A stretch of DNA of 64,000 nt from Macrostomum lignano. Taxonomy: Eukaryota. The stretch lies in the NCBI GenBank assembly GCA_002269645.1, contig NIVC01000239.1, positions 62,001 through 126,000 of the forward strand. The letters run 5' to 3'. The notes below the pieces were generated by a model, which made no database searches, was not told the DNA's origin, and saw only the letters and a program-made list of their open reading frames with translations. Both the position numbers and the translations under genes were made by a program. Shown here piece by piece: positions 24,732-35,900 of this stretch (positions within the stretch are counted from its first letter, which is position 1; the number at the start of each line of letters is the position of its first letter).

Positions 24732-25290
24732 CCTGGCGTGACCTTCCCTATGACCTGGCGTGACCTTCCCTATGACCTGGGGTGATCTCCCCTATGACCT
24801 GGGATGAACTCCCCTATGACCTAGCGTGACCTTCCTTATGACCTGGCGTGATCTCCCTATGACCTGGCGTGACCTTCCTTATGACCTGGCGTGACCTTCC
24901 CTATGACCTGGCGTGACCTTCTTTATGACCTGGCGTGACCTTCCTTATGACCTGGCGTGACCTTATGACCTGGCGTGACCTTCCTTATGACCTGGCGTGA
25001 CCTTCCTTATGACCTGGCGTGACCTTCCTTATGACCTGGCGTGACCTTCCTTATGACCTGGCGTGGGGTGTTCTCCCTATGACCTTCCCTATGACCTTCC
25101 CTTTGACCTTCCCTTTGACCTTCCCTATGACCTTCCCTATGACCTAACATGATCTCCCCTATGACCTTAACATAAACTCCCCTATGACCTGGCGTGACCT
25201 CCCCTATGACATTGACATGACGCCTTCTATGACCTGGCGTGACCTCCCTGACGTGACTTTACCTAACTCCCCCTCCATCCATGACCTAGC
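24729..25290. repeat. 22-bp minisatellite beginning at the FNDC3 stop codon
   Basis: TGACCTGGCGTGACCTTCC(C/T)TA. Confidence 0.92.
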
Positions 25291-25661
25291 AGCGTGACCT
25301 ATGTCAGTGGTTGGCCTAGGTTAGTGTGAGATTGAAGACCCGTTTCAGACCTCGGCATGCTGTTGTCAGTTAAGCTTAGTTAATTGTTTTATTCATTTAA
25401 TGGCGTCATTTGTGCCGGTCTTGTAGGTTTTTGTGTTTTTGTGCATCTCTCATCATCGATATTCGCTAGTTTGAAATATCATTGCTCTGCTCTCTCAGCT
25501 GGTCGAATTTTTTGTGTGCTGGACTTGTCCCCAACTATTGAAATTATGCAATAATAGATATTAGAAGTATTTTAGTGTTCAGGCTGACAGATGTACCTCT
25601 GATGACATTTTATTGATTGTAGAGAATGCACTCGTTGTATCCGTCAGTCACATCATAAATC

Positions 25662-25667
25662 AATAAA
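25662..25667 (+). terminator. Candidate polyadenylation signal of FNDC3
   Basis: AATAAA about 930 nt after the stop; another at 25977-25982. Confidence 0.35.
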
Positions 25668-26380
25668 ATATTCTGTTGCAAATTGTTCCTCGTTTATACA
25701 CCATTATTTGCAGAGTTTTTCTCCATCTCTATCGCTCTTTCTGTTTTCGTCTGTCACGTGTTTTCTGTTTGTTTATTTAATTTGTTGTTTTTGTTCAGAC
25801 GGGCAAGGCTTCTCAACAAGGCGTCATTTAAGCAGTTTTTATCCTTATGTTGTCGCCAAGTCTAAAATCCGATGGAACAGGCTTATCGCGTGAAACCAGC
25901 CTTCAAATATTTTCTAAGAAACGAGAGGCACAGCTCAGCCATTCATCTCAGTTTTCTATGCACTGTCGATGGAGCCAATAAAACATTTTATAATTGTGTA
26001 ATCCGGTTGCTTTTCAGTATTCTGTGTTTTTTGTGTTGTGTTTTGTTCGCTCTGGGTTCCCGTTTGCCTCTGGTCCAATCGCATATTTTCGATACGAATT
26101 GGTATTGTCTGTGGTTATTTTTCTGTGTTTTAATTTTTTTCTCGCGAGAATATGTTTTTTGGTATTTTATTGTTATGCATATTTGTTGCAACCTGAAAGT
26201 CAAAGTCTGTTGCTGTATTTGGCGTTTATTTTTTTCTGTTTTAAGTTTGCTTCATCCTCTGCGCGCGTTTTGTTTGATCGGATCTGAGGTTTTCTACAAC
26301 TCGACGTGAATGTTGTTTCCAGTTGAGTACGCTGTATTTTTGTGTAGGTCCGTTGACCCACTGTTGACCAGAATGATAGA

Positions 26381-26773
26381 TGGGGGTCACTTGACCCACT
26401 TACAAAACTGACTAGAGCCATGGGGGGTCACTTGACCCACTTACAAAACTGACTAGAGCCATGGGGGGTCACTTGACCCACTTACAAAACTGACTAGAGC
26501 GATAGGGAGTCACTCGACCCACTTACAAAACTGACTAGAGCGATAGGGAGTCACTCGACCCACTTACAAAACTGACTAGAGCGATAGGGAGTCACTCGAC
26601 CCACTTACAAAACTGACTAGAGCCATGGGGGGTCACTTGACCCACTTACAAAACTGACTAGAGCCATGGGGGGTCACTTGACCCACTTACAAAACTGACT
26701 AGAGCCATGGGGAGGGGGTCACTTGACCCACTTACAAAACTGACTAGAGCCATGGGGGGTCACTTGACCCACT
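26381..26773. repeat. 41-bp minisatellite
   Basis: GGGGGGTCACTTGACCCACTTACAAAACTGACTAGAGCCAT. Confidence 0.95.
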
Positions 26774-27436
26774 TGCTTATGATAAATTTTGCGCATATTG
26801 TTGAGGAATAAGTGTCCCATATTTTTGCGATCCTGCAATATAATAGATATTATAAGTAGCATATTAGAAATATTGCTTCGTGTGACGTCACACTCTAAAA
26901 ATACGAGCGTAACACTAATTCGTCCGTTCAATCGGCGCTTCTCTCTCTCTCTCTCTCTCTCCCTCTCTCTCTCTCCCTCTCTCTCTCTCGTATCAGCTCT
27001 TTGTTCGCGTTCTCCAAGCGGTTTTAATCTTCGTAACACGCATAAAAACCGAACGCAGCGTCATGCATTTTTTATTCTCTTACCCGATCAAGTCCTCATT
27101 CGCGCGGAGAGGGGTGGGGAGAACTGAGACAAGTGAGATTCTCATCTATATAGCTTTAGCTGTTTGTATATTCTTTTTTAGCTGTGTGTTTTAGCAAGCT
27201 GCTCCTAACTCTCCTTGTGTATGTCTATCATCTACTGCTGTGTCTTTTATTTGTGGCCATTGCAATATATATATTATATGATATAAATAAATACATATTA
27301 TGTTATATATTAATTTGATTGGCTTTGAGACTGTCGAAATTCTTGTGTCACTTCTAATCAATTACTTCAGCTTTTATTAGCTTCGCATACTTGGCTTTCT
27401 GTATTCTTTCGTAATGCTGATTCAGGGACTCTACAG

Positions 27437-29240
27437 AGCTATGGGGATGTTACAGTAGCTATGGGGATGTTACAGTAGCTGTGGGGATGTTACAGTAGCT
27501 ATGGGGATGTTACAGTAGCTATGGGGATGTTACAGTAGCTATGAGGATGTTACAGTAGCTATGGGGATGTTACAGTAGCTATGGGGATGTTACAGTAGCT
27601 ATGGGGATGTTACAGTACCTATGAGGATGTTACAGTACCTATGAGGATGTTACAGTAGCAATCGGGATATTACAGTAGTTTTGGGGGTGTTACAGTAGCT
27701 ATGGGGATGTTACAGTACCTATGAGGATGTTACAGTAGAAATCGGGATGTTACAGTAGCTGTGGGGATGTTACAGTAGCTATGAGGATGTTACAGTAGCT
27801 ATGGGGATGTTACAGTACCTATGAGGATGTTACAGTAGCTGTGGGGATGTTACAGTACCTATGAGGATGTTACAGTAGCAATCGGGATGTTACAGTAGCT
27901 GTGGGGATGTTACAGTAGCTATAGGGATGTTACAGTAGCTGTGGGGATGTTACAGTAGCTGTGGGGATGTTACAGTAGCTATAGGGATGTTACAGTAGCT
28001 ATGGGGATGTTACAGTAGCTATGGGGATGTTACAGTAGCTATGGGGATGTTACAGTAGCTATGGGGATGTTACAGTAGCAATCGGGGTGTTACAGTAGCT
28101 ATAGGGATGTTACAGTAGCTATAGGGATGTTACAGTAGCTATAGGGATGTTACAGTAGCTGTGGGGATGTTACAGTAGCTATAGGGATGTTACAGTAGCT
28201 ATGGGGATGTTACAGTAGCAATCGGGATGTTACAGTAGCTGTGGGGATGTTACAGTAGCTATAGGGATGTTACAGTAGCTGTGGGGATGTTACAGTAGCT
28301 GTGGGGATGTTACAGTAGCTATAGGGATGTTACAGTAGCTATGGGGATGTTACAGTAGCTATGGGGATGTTACAGTAGCTATGGGGATGTTACAGTAGCT
28401 ATGGGGATGTTACAGTAGCAATCGGGGTGTTACAGTAGCTATAGGGATGTTACAATAGCTATAGGGATGTTACAGTAGCTATAGGGATGTTACAGTAGCT
28501 GTGGGATGTTACAGTAGAAATCGGGATGTTACAGTAGCTATGGGGATGTTACAGTAGCAATCGGGGTGTTACAGTAGCTATAGGGATGTTACAGTAGCTG
28601 TGGGGATGTTACAGTAGCTATAGGGATGTTACAGTAGCTATGGGGATGTTACAGTAGCAATCGGGGTGTTACAGTAGCTATAGGGATGTTACAGTAGCTG
28701 TGGGGATGTTACAGTAGCTATAGGGATGTTACAGTAGCTATGGGGATGTTACAGTAGCTATGGGGATGTTACAGTAGCTATGGGGATGTTACAGTAGCAA
28801 TCGGGGTGTTACAGTAGCTATGGGGATGTTACAGTAGCTATGGGGATGTTACAGTAGCTATAGGGATGTTACAGTAGCTGTGGGGATGTTACAGTAGCTA
28901 TAGGGATGTTACAGTAGCTGTGGGGATGTTACAGTAGCTATGGGGATGTTACAGTAGCTGTGGGGATGTTACAGTAGCTATAGGGATGCTACAGTAGCTA
29001 TGGGGATGTTACAGTAGCTATGGGGATGTTACAGTAGCTATGGGGATGTTACAGTAGCAATCGGGGTGTTACAGTAGCTATAGGGATGTTACAGTAGCTG
29101 TGGGGATGGTACAGTAGCTGTGGGGATGTTACAGTAGCTGTGGGGATGTTACAGTAGCTGTGGGTATGTTACAGTAGCTGTGGGAATGCTCATGTAGCTA
29201 TAGGGATGTTACAGTAGCTACAGGGATGTTACAGTGGCTA
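27437..29240. repeat. 20-bp minisatellite, about 90 copies
   Basis: GGGATGTTACAGTAGCTATG. Confidence 0.97.
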
Positions 29241-29789
29241 TTTGGGGGAGAGACGCGCTCTGATTAGCAGGGTTTAAGACTATTTACAATGTCCTGCTTT
29301 AAGCACTAAGTGAATCTTGATTCACCGTCAAAGCAGTCTCAACATAGATCGCATATCTCAGTGCGATAATCTTGTATTAATCACGAAGTCTCGAGCTCCA
29401 GATCTCCAGATTGCTCAGCTGAAAAACTTGAGCAGCTTTACTTTCCCAAGCATATACCTTGATATTGAATTGCATTGCTAGCGCAATCTCGTTTAACTGC
29501 CTGGCCTAATTCGGCTGGCATGACATGCGCTCGCATATGGAAGTGCAGGAGGGGCAGTCAGATTTGACACGGCCATCGCAACAAGGCTCGCTGCCTACTG
29601 CTAATAGATTCGTGTCCGTTAGTTACTGTCTGCCCAAGGCTGTCCTTTGAGGCACAGGAATATCGCCTGTCTGTGTCTCTGGCTTGCCCGAATGTCTGTC
29701 AGTCAGTGGCGTCTTTTTTGGGCGGCTGCTATTCCCCAGCTTGTCTAGATCCCTCTCCTAGCATGATAAATACTATTCGATATTATCCT

Positions 29790-30200
29790 CAAAAATATCA
29801 TCCCATCCCATTCCATCTCATCCCAACCCATCTCATCCACCCCATTCCATCACATACCATCTCATTCCATCCCATCCGATCTCATCCAGTCCTATCTCAT
29901 TATCCCATCCCATCGCATTTCCTTCCATCCCATCCCATCCCATCGTACCATACCGTCCTATCCCATCCCATCTGATCCCATCCCATCTGATCCCATCCCA
30001 TCTCATACCATCTCATCCCATCCCACTTCATTATCCATCCCATCGCATTTCATTATATCCCATTCTATTCCATCCCATCCCTTCCCATCCCATCCCCTCC
30101 TATCGCGTTCAATTCCATTCTATCGAATCTGATCCCATTCCATCCCATCCTATCTCAGTTTACATGTATCTTATCCCATCATCCCATCCCATATCATCCG
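29790..30200. repeat. Degenerate (CCCAT)n repeat
   Basis: Pentamer-derived low-complexity tract. Confidence 0.85.
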
Positions 30201-30949
30201 GTGTCCCCCCAGCAATAACTCTTGTTCTACTCTGTCCTGAGCCCTATTCGGTTCCATCCACAGATACTACGCTGGTAGAATAAGTAATAAGTTAATAATA
30301 GTTAAGCGACATCAAAGAAATATACAACAGGGTGTCCATAGAGTCACCTGTAGCCTATTGTTAGTATTAAGGCTGGCAACTAAAAGCCAGTAAAATTAAG
30401 AAAACAGATCCAAAAGTGAGCATGTTTTGAAAGTTGAACATTCGCTCGCTGCGACAAATTCTATCGTTTATTTTTCAAAGGGTCTGATTTTTCTTTCGGT
30501 TGCAACTTTCGTTTACAGAGTATACACCGCCAAAGCAAAGGTGCTTATTTGTTTCACCACACGACAACGCTTAGCTACACAATATGGTGCCTGTGGACAG
30601 CAAAATAATTACTGACAAAGAAGCCAACTGACGACTATGCGTCAAAAAAGTAAATTTTTAATTTTAGTGCGCAAATTATGATAAAATACAGAAAGATAAC
30701 AATTGAAAAAAAAACACTGAAAACGGTGACAAAAGCTCCATCAAAAATACGCATTTTCAGTATCTACTCGTATTGATTAACATACGACAACATTGCACTG
30801 GAATAAGTAAAATATTGGTAACAAGCAACAACATAAAGAGAGGCTAAAGCAAAAATACTTTTGCAAGAGGCAAAGAAAGCCTGATTTGTCTGGCCGAGTG
30901 AGAACCGCGTACATTTTGTACTTTCTATAGGACTATGGAGTTAGTGAGC

Positions 30950-31492
30950 TTTGGCCATAGACAACTGTCACGCTGAATGGCTAATATAAATGTTAATTGT
31001 TACTGCTGCTTCCTCTATCCTGAAAAATTCGAACAGTACCTCCAAAGCCATAGACACAATCTAGTACCATTGTCTACTTTCAAAACCATAGACACAATCT
31101 AGTACCATTGTCTACTTTCAAAACCGTAGACACAATCTACCATTGTCTAGCTCCAAAACCATAGACACAATCTACCATTGTCTATTACCAAAACCATAGA
31201 CACAATCTACCATTGTCTACTACCAAAACCATAGACACAATCTACCATTGTCTACCACCAAAACCATAGACAAAATCTACCATTGTCTACTACCAAAACC
31301 ATAGACACAATCTACCATTGTCTACTACCAAAACCATAGACACAATCTACCATTGTCTACTACCAAAACCATAGACACAATCTACCATTGTCTACTACCA
31401 AAACCATAGACAAAATCTACAATAGACACTCGTGTTATGGGCGTTGTTACACTCTCCTGCCGTGCTTTTGTGCTTTGTTGTCTATGGCCAAA
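30950..31492. mobile_element. TIR element enclosing a 35-bp minisatellite
   Basis: Perfect 16-bp inverted repeat TTTGGCCATAGACAAC / GTTGTCTATGGCCAAA; related short copy at 55686-55740. Confidence 0.55.
31046..31425. repeat. 35-bp minisatellite
   Basis: ACCATAGACACAATCTACCATTGTCTACTACCAAA. Confidence 0.92.
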
Positions 31493-31876
31493 CTATTCCA
31501 TTGTATCTGTACGAGCGTACATACCGGGTGATACACAAAAACTATACAACTAAAACTTTAGCCGATGCCAAGTTGTATAGTTACTTATGCACCAACCCGG
31601 TGTATTGAACATTTAACATTGACCGGCTGACAACAGTGAGGCTTTTATGAAAAAATTACGAAAAATCCGATTAATAGCAATACAATAAATAGTAAGTGAA
31701 TCACACGAGCAACAGCTACTAATTAACGGTAATTTGCTGCTAGGAAAAATTTCTTTCGGGGCAAGTTTACAACTTTAAATCAATCAAACCAAGGGCCATT
31801 AGAATTGTGATCGTTGCCGTTAATTCTATAGCGGTCATTACTATAGTCCGCGAAATTCAAATTGAGTCATCTCTGT

Positions 31877-32034
31877 TTAGCCACTGTTGCTGGCCTCTTC
31901 GATGGCATGACAGCTGTGCAAATCGGCCTTCACTACCTCCGTTAGCTTCTGCTGTTGCTTTTGCTTTTGTTGCTTTTGCTGCTTCTGTTGCTTTGAAGAT
32001 TGGGGAGACGATGTCTGCTGCTGCTGTTCCTCCG

Positions 32035-32069
<35 letters not shown>

Positions 32070-32973
32070 GGGTCGGTAGGCTTTCGCATTGTGGGCATCC
32101 GTTTGATGGTCATCTTCTTGTACCTGTCCAGTAGGCCGGCATAGCTGCTGGGATCGCAGCTGCTGCTGGGCCGGCTCATGGTGAACTGCAGCCGCCCGCT
32201 GGGGCCGCTCGGCCCCCCGCCGTTGCCTGCCGCGCTGGTCGCCGCTCCAGCCGGAGTCGCTCCGTCCAGCTGCTGCTGCTGCTGCTGGCTGCCGTGGTGA
32301 TGACGCCGGTAGAACCGCCTGGCCCGGTCTCTGGTCTGCTTCACGGTGAACATCCGCTTCATTTCTGTGCGGAAATAGGCGCTAGCGTAGGAATAGAGAA
32401 AGAAATTCACGCTGTAGGTGAGGTAGTAGATGGTGCGCGTCACCGTCAGGGCGCTGTCGTAGTGGCTCTGGCGGAGGCCGTCGCCGCTGTCGCTCATGTT
32501 GAAGATTCCCGTGGTCGACACGCTGCGCATCACCTTGAATTTGATGACGAAGCTGGCCAGCCAGACGGCATAGTAGGGGCAGGTGAGCAGCAGGAAGGCG
32601 GTGGACACCAGCACCAGGAGGATGGCGAACTGCTGTCCAGCCACGTCGTGGTTCGCCCGCTCCGCGTTGCTGCCGGACGGTCCGCGGTGGCGAACCACCA
32701 ACAGCTGGCGGGCGATCAGCGCGTTGAACACGAAGATGATGGCAGACGGGATGACGGTCAGCAGTGCGGCATAGACCGCGTCGGTGGCGAACACGAGTAC
32801 CCGGTTGTCGGTCTTCGACAGGCAGACGCTGACATTGTCGCTGGCCTGACGCGGGGCCGACATGAACGGCTTCCACAGGCAGAGCGCGTAGCTGATGGTG
32901 ACCAGGATGAAGATGATCCGGCGAGCGTTGCGCATGGTGCAGATGCGCCTGCGCAGCAGCGGGTAGCGGACGC
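31877..32973 (-). CDS. GPCR exon 2 (TM4-TM7, polyQ tail)
   Basis: ORF 31877..32935 extended to the acceptor at 32974. Confidence 0.9.
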
Positions 32974-35900
32974 CTGCGTGGACGTAGGGAGGGAGGCTCG
33001 TGCGAATTTCAACGTTTTGTTGTCAAGGGTGCCTGCTGGTTCCCCGGGGCACCCACAGCTAATAAAATTATTGCTATAGAAATAAAAAGTTCTCGGTCAG
33101 GTCAGCAATGACTGCAACAGAACAGCTCAACACAACAGCGTCACACGTGAGATGCTGGGAGAGCCAGGTGGTCTGCGAAGGCTGTCGATCTCCCCACCCC
33201 CCCCCAATCCAGCTGCACGCTACGCCGATAAAAGCCAGCACTGATAAGCGAGCTCAGCAGCTGAGATAAGCCAGCTCAGCCCAAGGTGGACAGGAAGCTG
33301 CAGAGGAAACCCATGACGGGTTCACCTGCTGGGGAAGGAGAGGGAAAAAGTTTTCAGATAAAGAAGCTGAGGATGCCAGATGGCGAACGAAGGGTGCAGC
33401 GGCTGGGTTCCCACACACCAGGCGGGTCTGTGTCTCGAAGCTTTCCAGACGAAGCGGAGCTTTGAAGCGATGCCAAGTCATAGCCGGTGTTAAATTATCT
33501 TTATAACTGAATATACCTGCCCTAGTGGGCAGATGTGCAACCGACAGCTCAGCCGCAGCTATTGCGCGGCGCATCTGAAGGCTGCGTACGGCTGTTCAGT
33601 CCAAGGACTGGGTGGTCGCCGCACACACCCTCAATTACCCCAGCTAATGCTGGCACCCATTTTACAGCTGGGTGAACTGAAGCAATGCAGAGTTAAGTGT
33701 CTTGCTCAAGGACACAGATTGTTCTAAGTGGGTCGAGAATCGAACCCCCGACCTTCCAGTCGTGAGTCCGATGCTTTAACCACTAGGCTAAAACCATAGT
33801 GAACTCTGCTTATAGCTTGCAAAGTTACAAAGTGCCAAACAAGCATCCGGCAAAGTGCCCATTCAATTATAAACATTTAAAGCTCTGCTAACTCATATTT
33901 TCGTATTATTTTCATAATATTTTCCTGCTATCTATCCCTTTTCCTAACAGCCCCCCCAATCTCCCTACACGAGCCCCGCTAACACTCTCGAAGAGTCCCG
34001 CTAGCACTCCCTCAAAGGAGTCCCGCTAGCGCTCCCTCAAAGGAGTCCCGCTAGCGCTCCCTCAAAGGAGTCCCGCTAACACCCCATCAGAATCCCGCTA
34101 TCCTCATTCAGGGTCCCGCTATACTCCCTCAAAGTCCCGCTATCCTACCTCAGAGTCCCGCCATTGTCCCTCAGGGTCCCGCTATCCCCCCCCCAAGAGT
34201 CCCGCTATCCTCCCTCAGAGTCCCGCTATCCTCCCTCAAAGTCCCGCTATCCTCCCTCAAAGTCCCGCTATCCTCCCTCAGGGTCCCGCTATCCTGCCTC
34301 AAAGTTCCGCTATCCTCCCTCAAAGTCCCGCTATCCTCCCTCAAAGTCCCGCTATCCTCCCTCAAAGTCCCGCTATCCTCCCTCAAAAGTCCCGCTATCC
34401 TCCCTCAAAAGTCCCGCTATCCTCCCTCAAAAGTCCCGCTATCCTCCCTCAAAAGTCCCGCTATCCTCCCTCAAAGTCCCGCTATCCTCCCTCAAAAGTC
34501 CCGCTATCCTCCCTCAGGGTCCCGCTATCCTCCCTCAGGGTCCCGCTATCCTCCCTCAAGAGTCCCGCTAGAATTACTATTACTCGTATGGAGCCTCTTC
34601 GCAAAAAGGCTTGCCTACATTTCAGAAGTTAACAAATTTCGAACCGATTGGCAAATGCCTTGTAGGTATAGGGTAGATAGAGAGGTCATAGTACTCGATC
34701 GAGAGAAACGTTTAATAAACTCATTTTGACCCTATTTTTTTCTCGCAATAAGCCATAATACTGGCAGCAATAAAAAAACAATTTTGCTTCGAAGAGCTGC
34801 TATCACTCGCTTAAAGAGTCTCTATGGTGAAGTGTGCATTAAACGGAAGTAGCCAAACGTGTATCAATCGCCATGGCCAGCCATGGCCAACCATATTCAA
34901 CCCTGGCTTCGACGACTGTCTATGGACAAAGCCGTAGACCTTGAGAGATTTAAGACATCGAGCAGATGCCACAGACCGTGGACAGTGTTCCGAACATATA
35001 CGTAAGTAGAATCATTGGTTGAATATGATTGGCTGTGTCTTGATATGAATGCTCGAATTCTTAAATAAAAAAATGCTACTTTAGAATTTGGACACGCGAA
35101 TGTTGCCATTGTATGAAGTTTGTAATTTTAGAACAATTTGAAAGCCACTTTAGAACCTGTTCTGTCCTGACCTTCTCAGCCAGGCATGCACGCACTTTTG
35201 GGGGTTTCTTGGGTTGGTCGCAAGGAAAGTGTTCGTACAGCCAGTGTGGTCGTGAGAGTCGGATGCGTTTTCGCGCTGAGCTGCTCCGCCACAGTAAGAA
35301 TTTTGCAATCTGATAACTTCAAGGTCTACTAGAGGTAACGCAAAAGTGTCGCTACAATCGAATGGAATTGCAGCTTATAACTATTTACCCTCTGCAAATA
35401 AATCCAACCCCACGCAGATCGGAAAGCTCCGGCATAATGGAAAAATAATATCACATCCTCGGCAGATGCCTGGCAGCGCATCAGGTTTCGTCCGGGACTT
35501 AAAAGGACATTTTCAGTGCGTTGAAAAAAGACGAGGCTGCGCTCCATAAATTATTGGCGAAGTCAATCAGAAGCCAGCAGCGCGAGTAGGGGAGGGGGAG
35601 GGTAGATAGGCAGCCGCAGTCGAGTAGTCAATGGGCTCTTCTTCCCCACTTTTCTGCTCCTATATTCGGCTTCGTTTCGGATCTCAATTTCTCTTCTGTC
35701 TTCCGTATCCTCTATCCAAAATATCCCGTCCCATTTTCTCCCACTGGGCAGGGCATTTTTGAATAACTGTTCTTATCCGCGAGCATGCAAAGCCGGACTC
35801 CTCGTTTTAATCGCTGCTTTATGGGAAACAGGAACTCGCCCAGCTCTGCAAACAGCAAAATTTCTCAAGCGGCCCCTCGATGCCCCGCATTCAGAAGCTA

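Noticed and set aside
32294-33079. 261-aa plus-strand ORF and similar ORFs overlapping FNDC3, GPCR and DAXX exons
   Set aside because: Antisense or alternative-frame shadows of GC3-rich coding exons
34590-34800. Weak inverted match CTCTTCG...CGAAGAG
   Set aside because: Too short and no TSD, so it cannot be called a MITE
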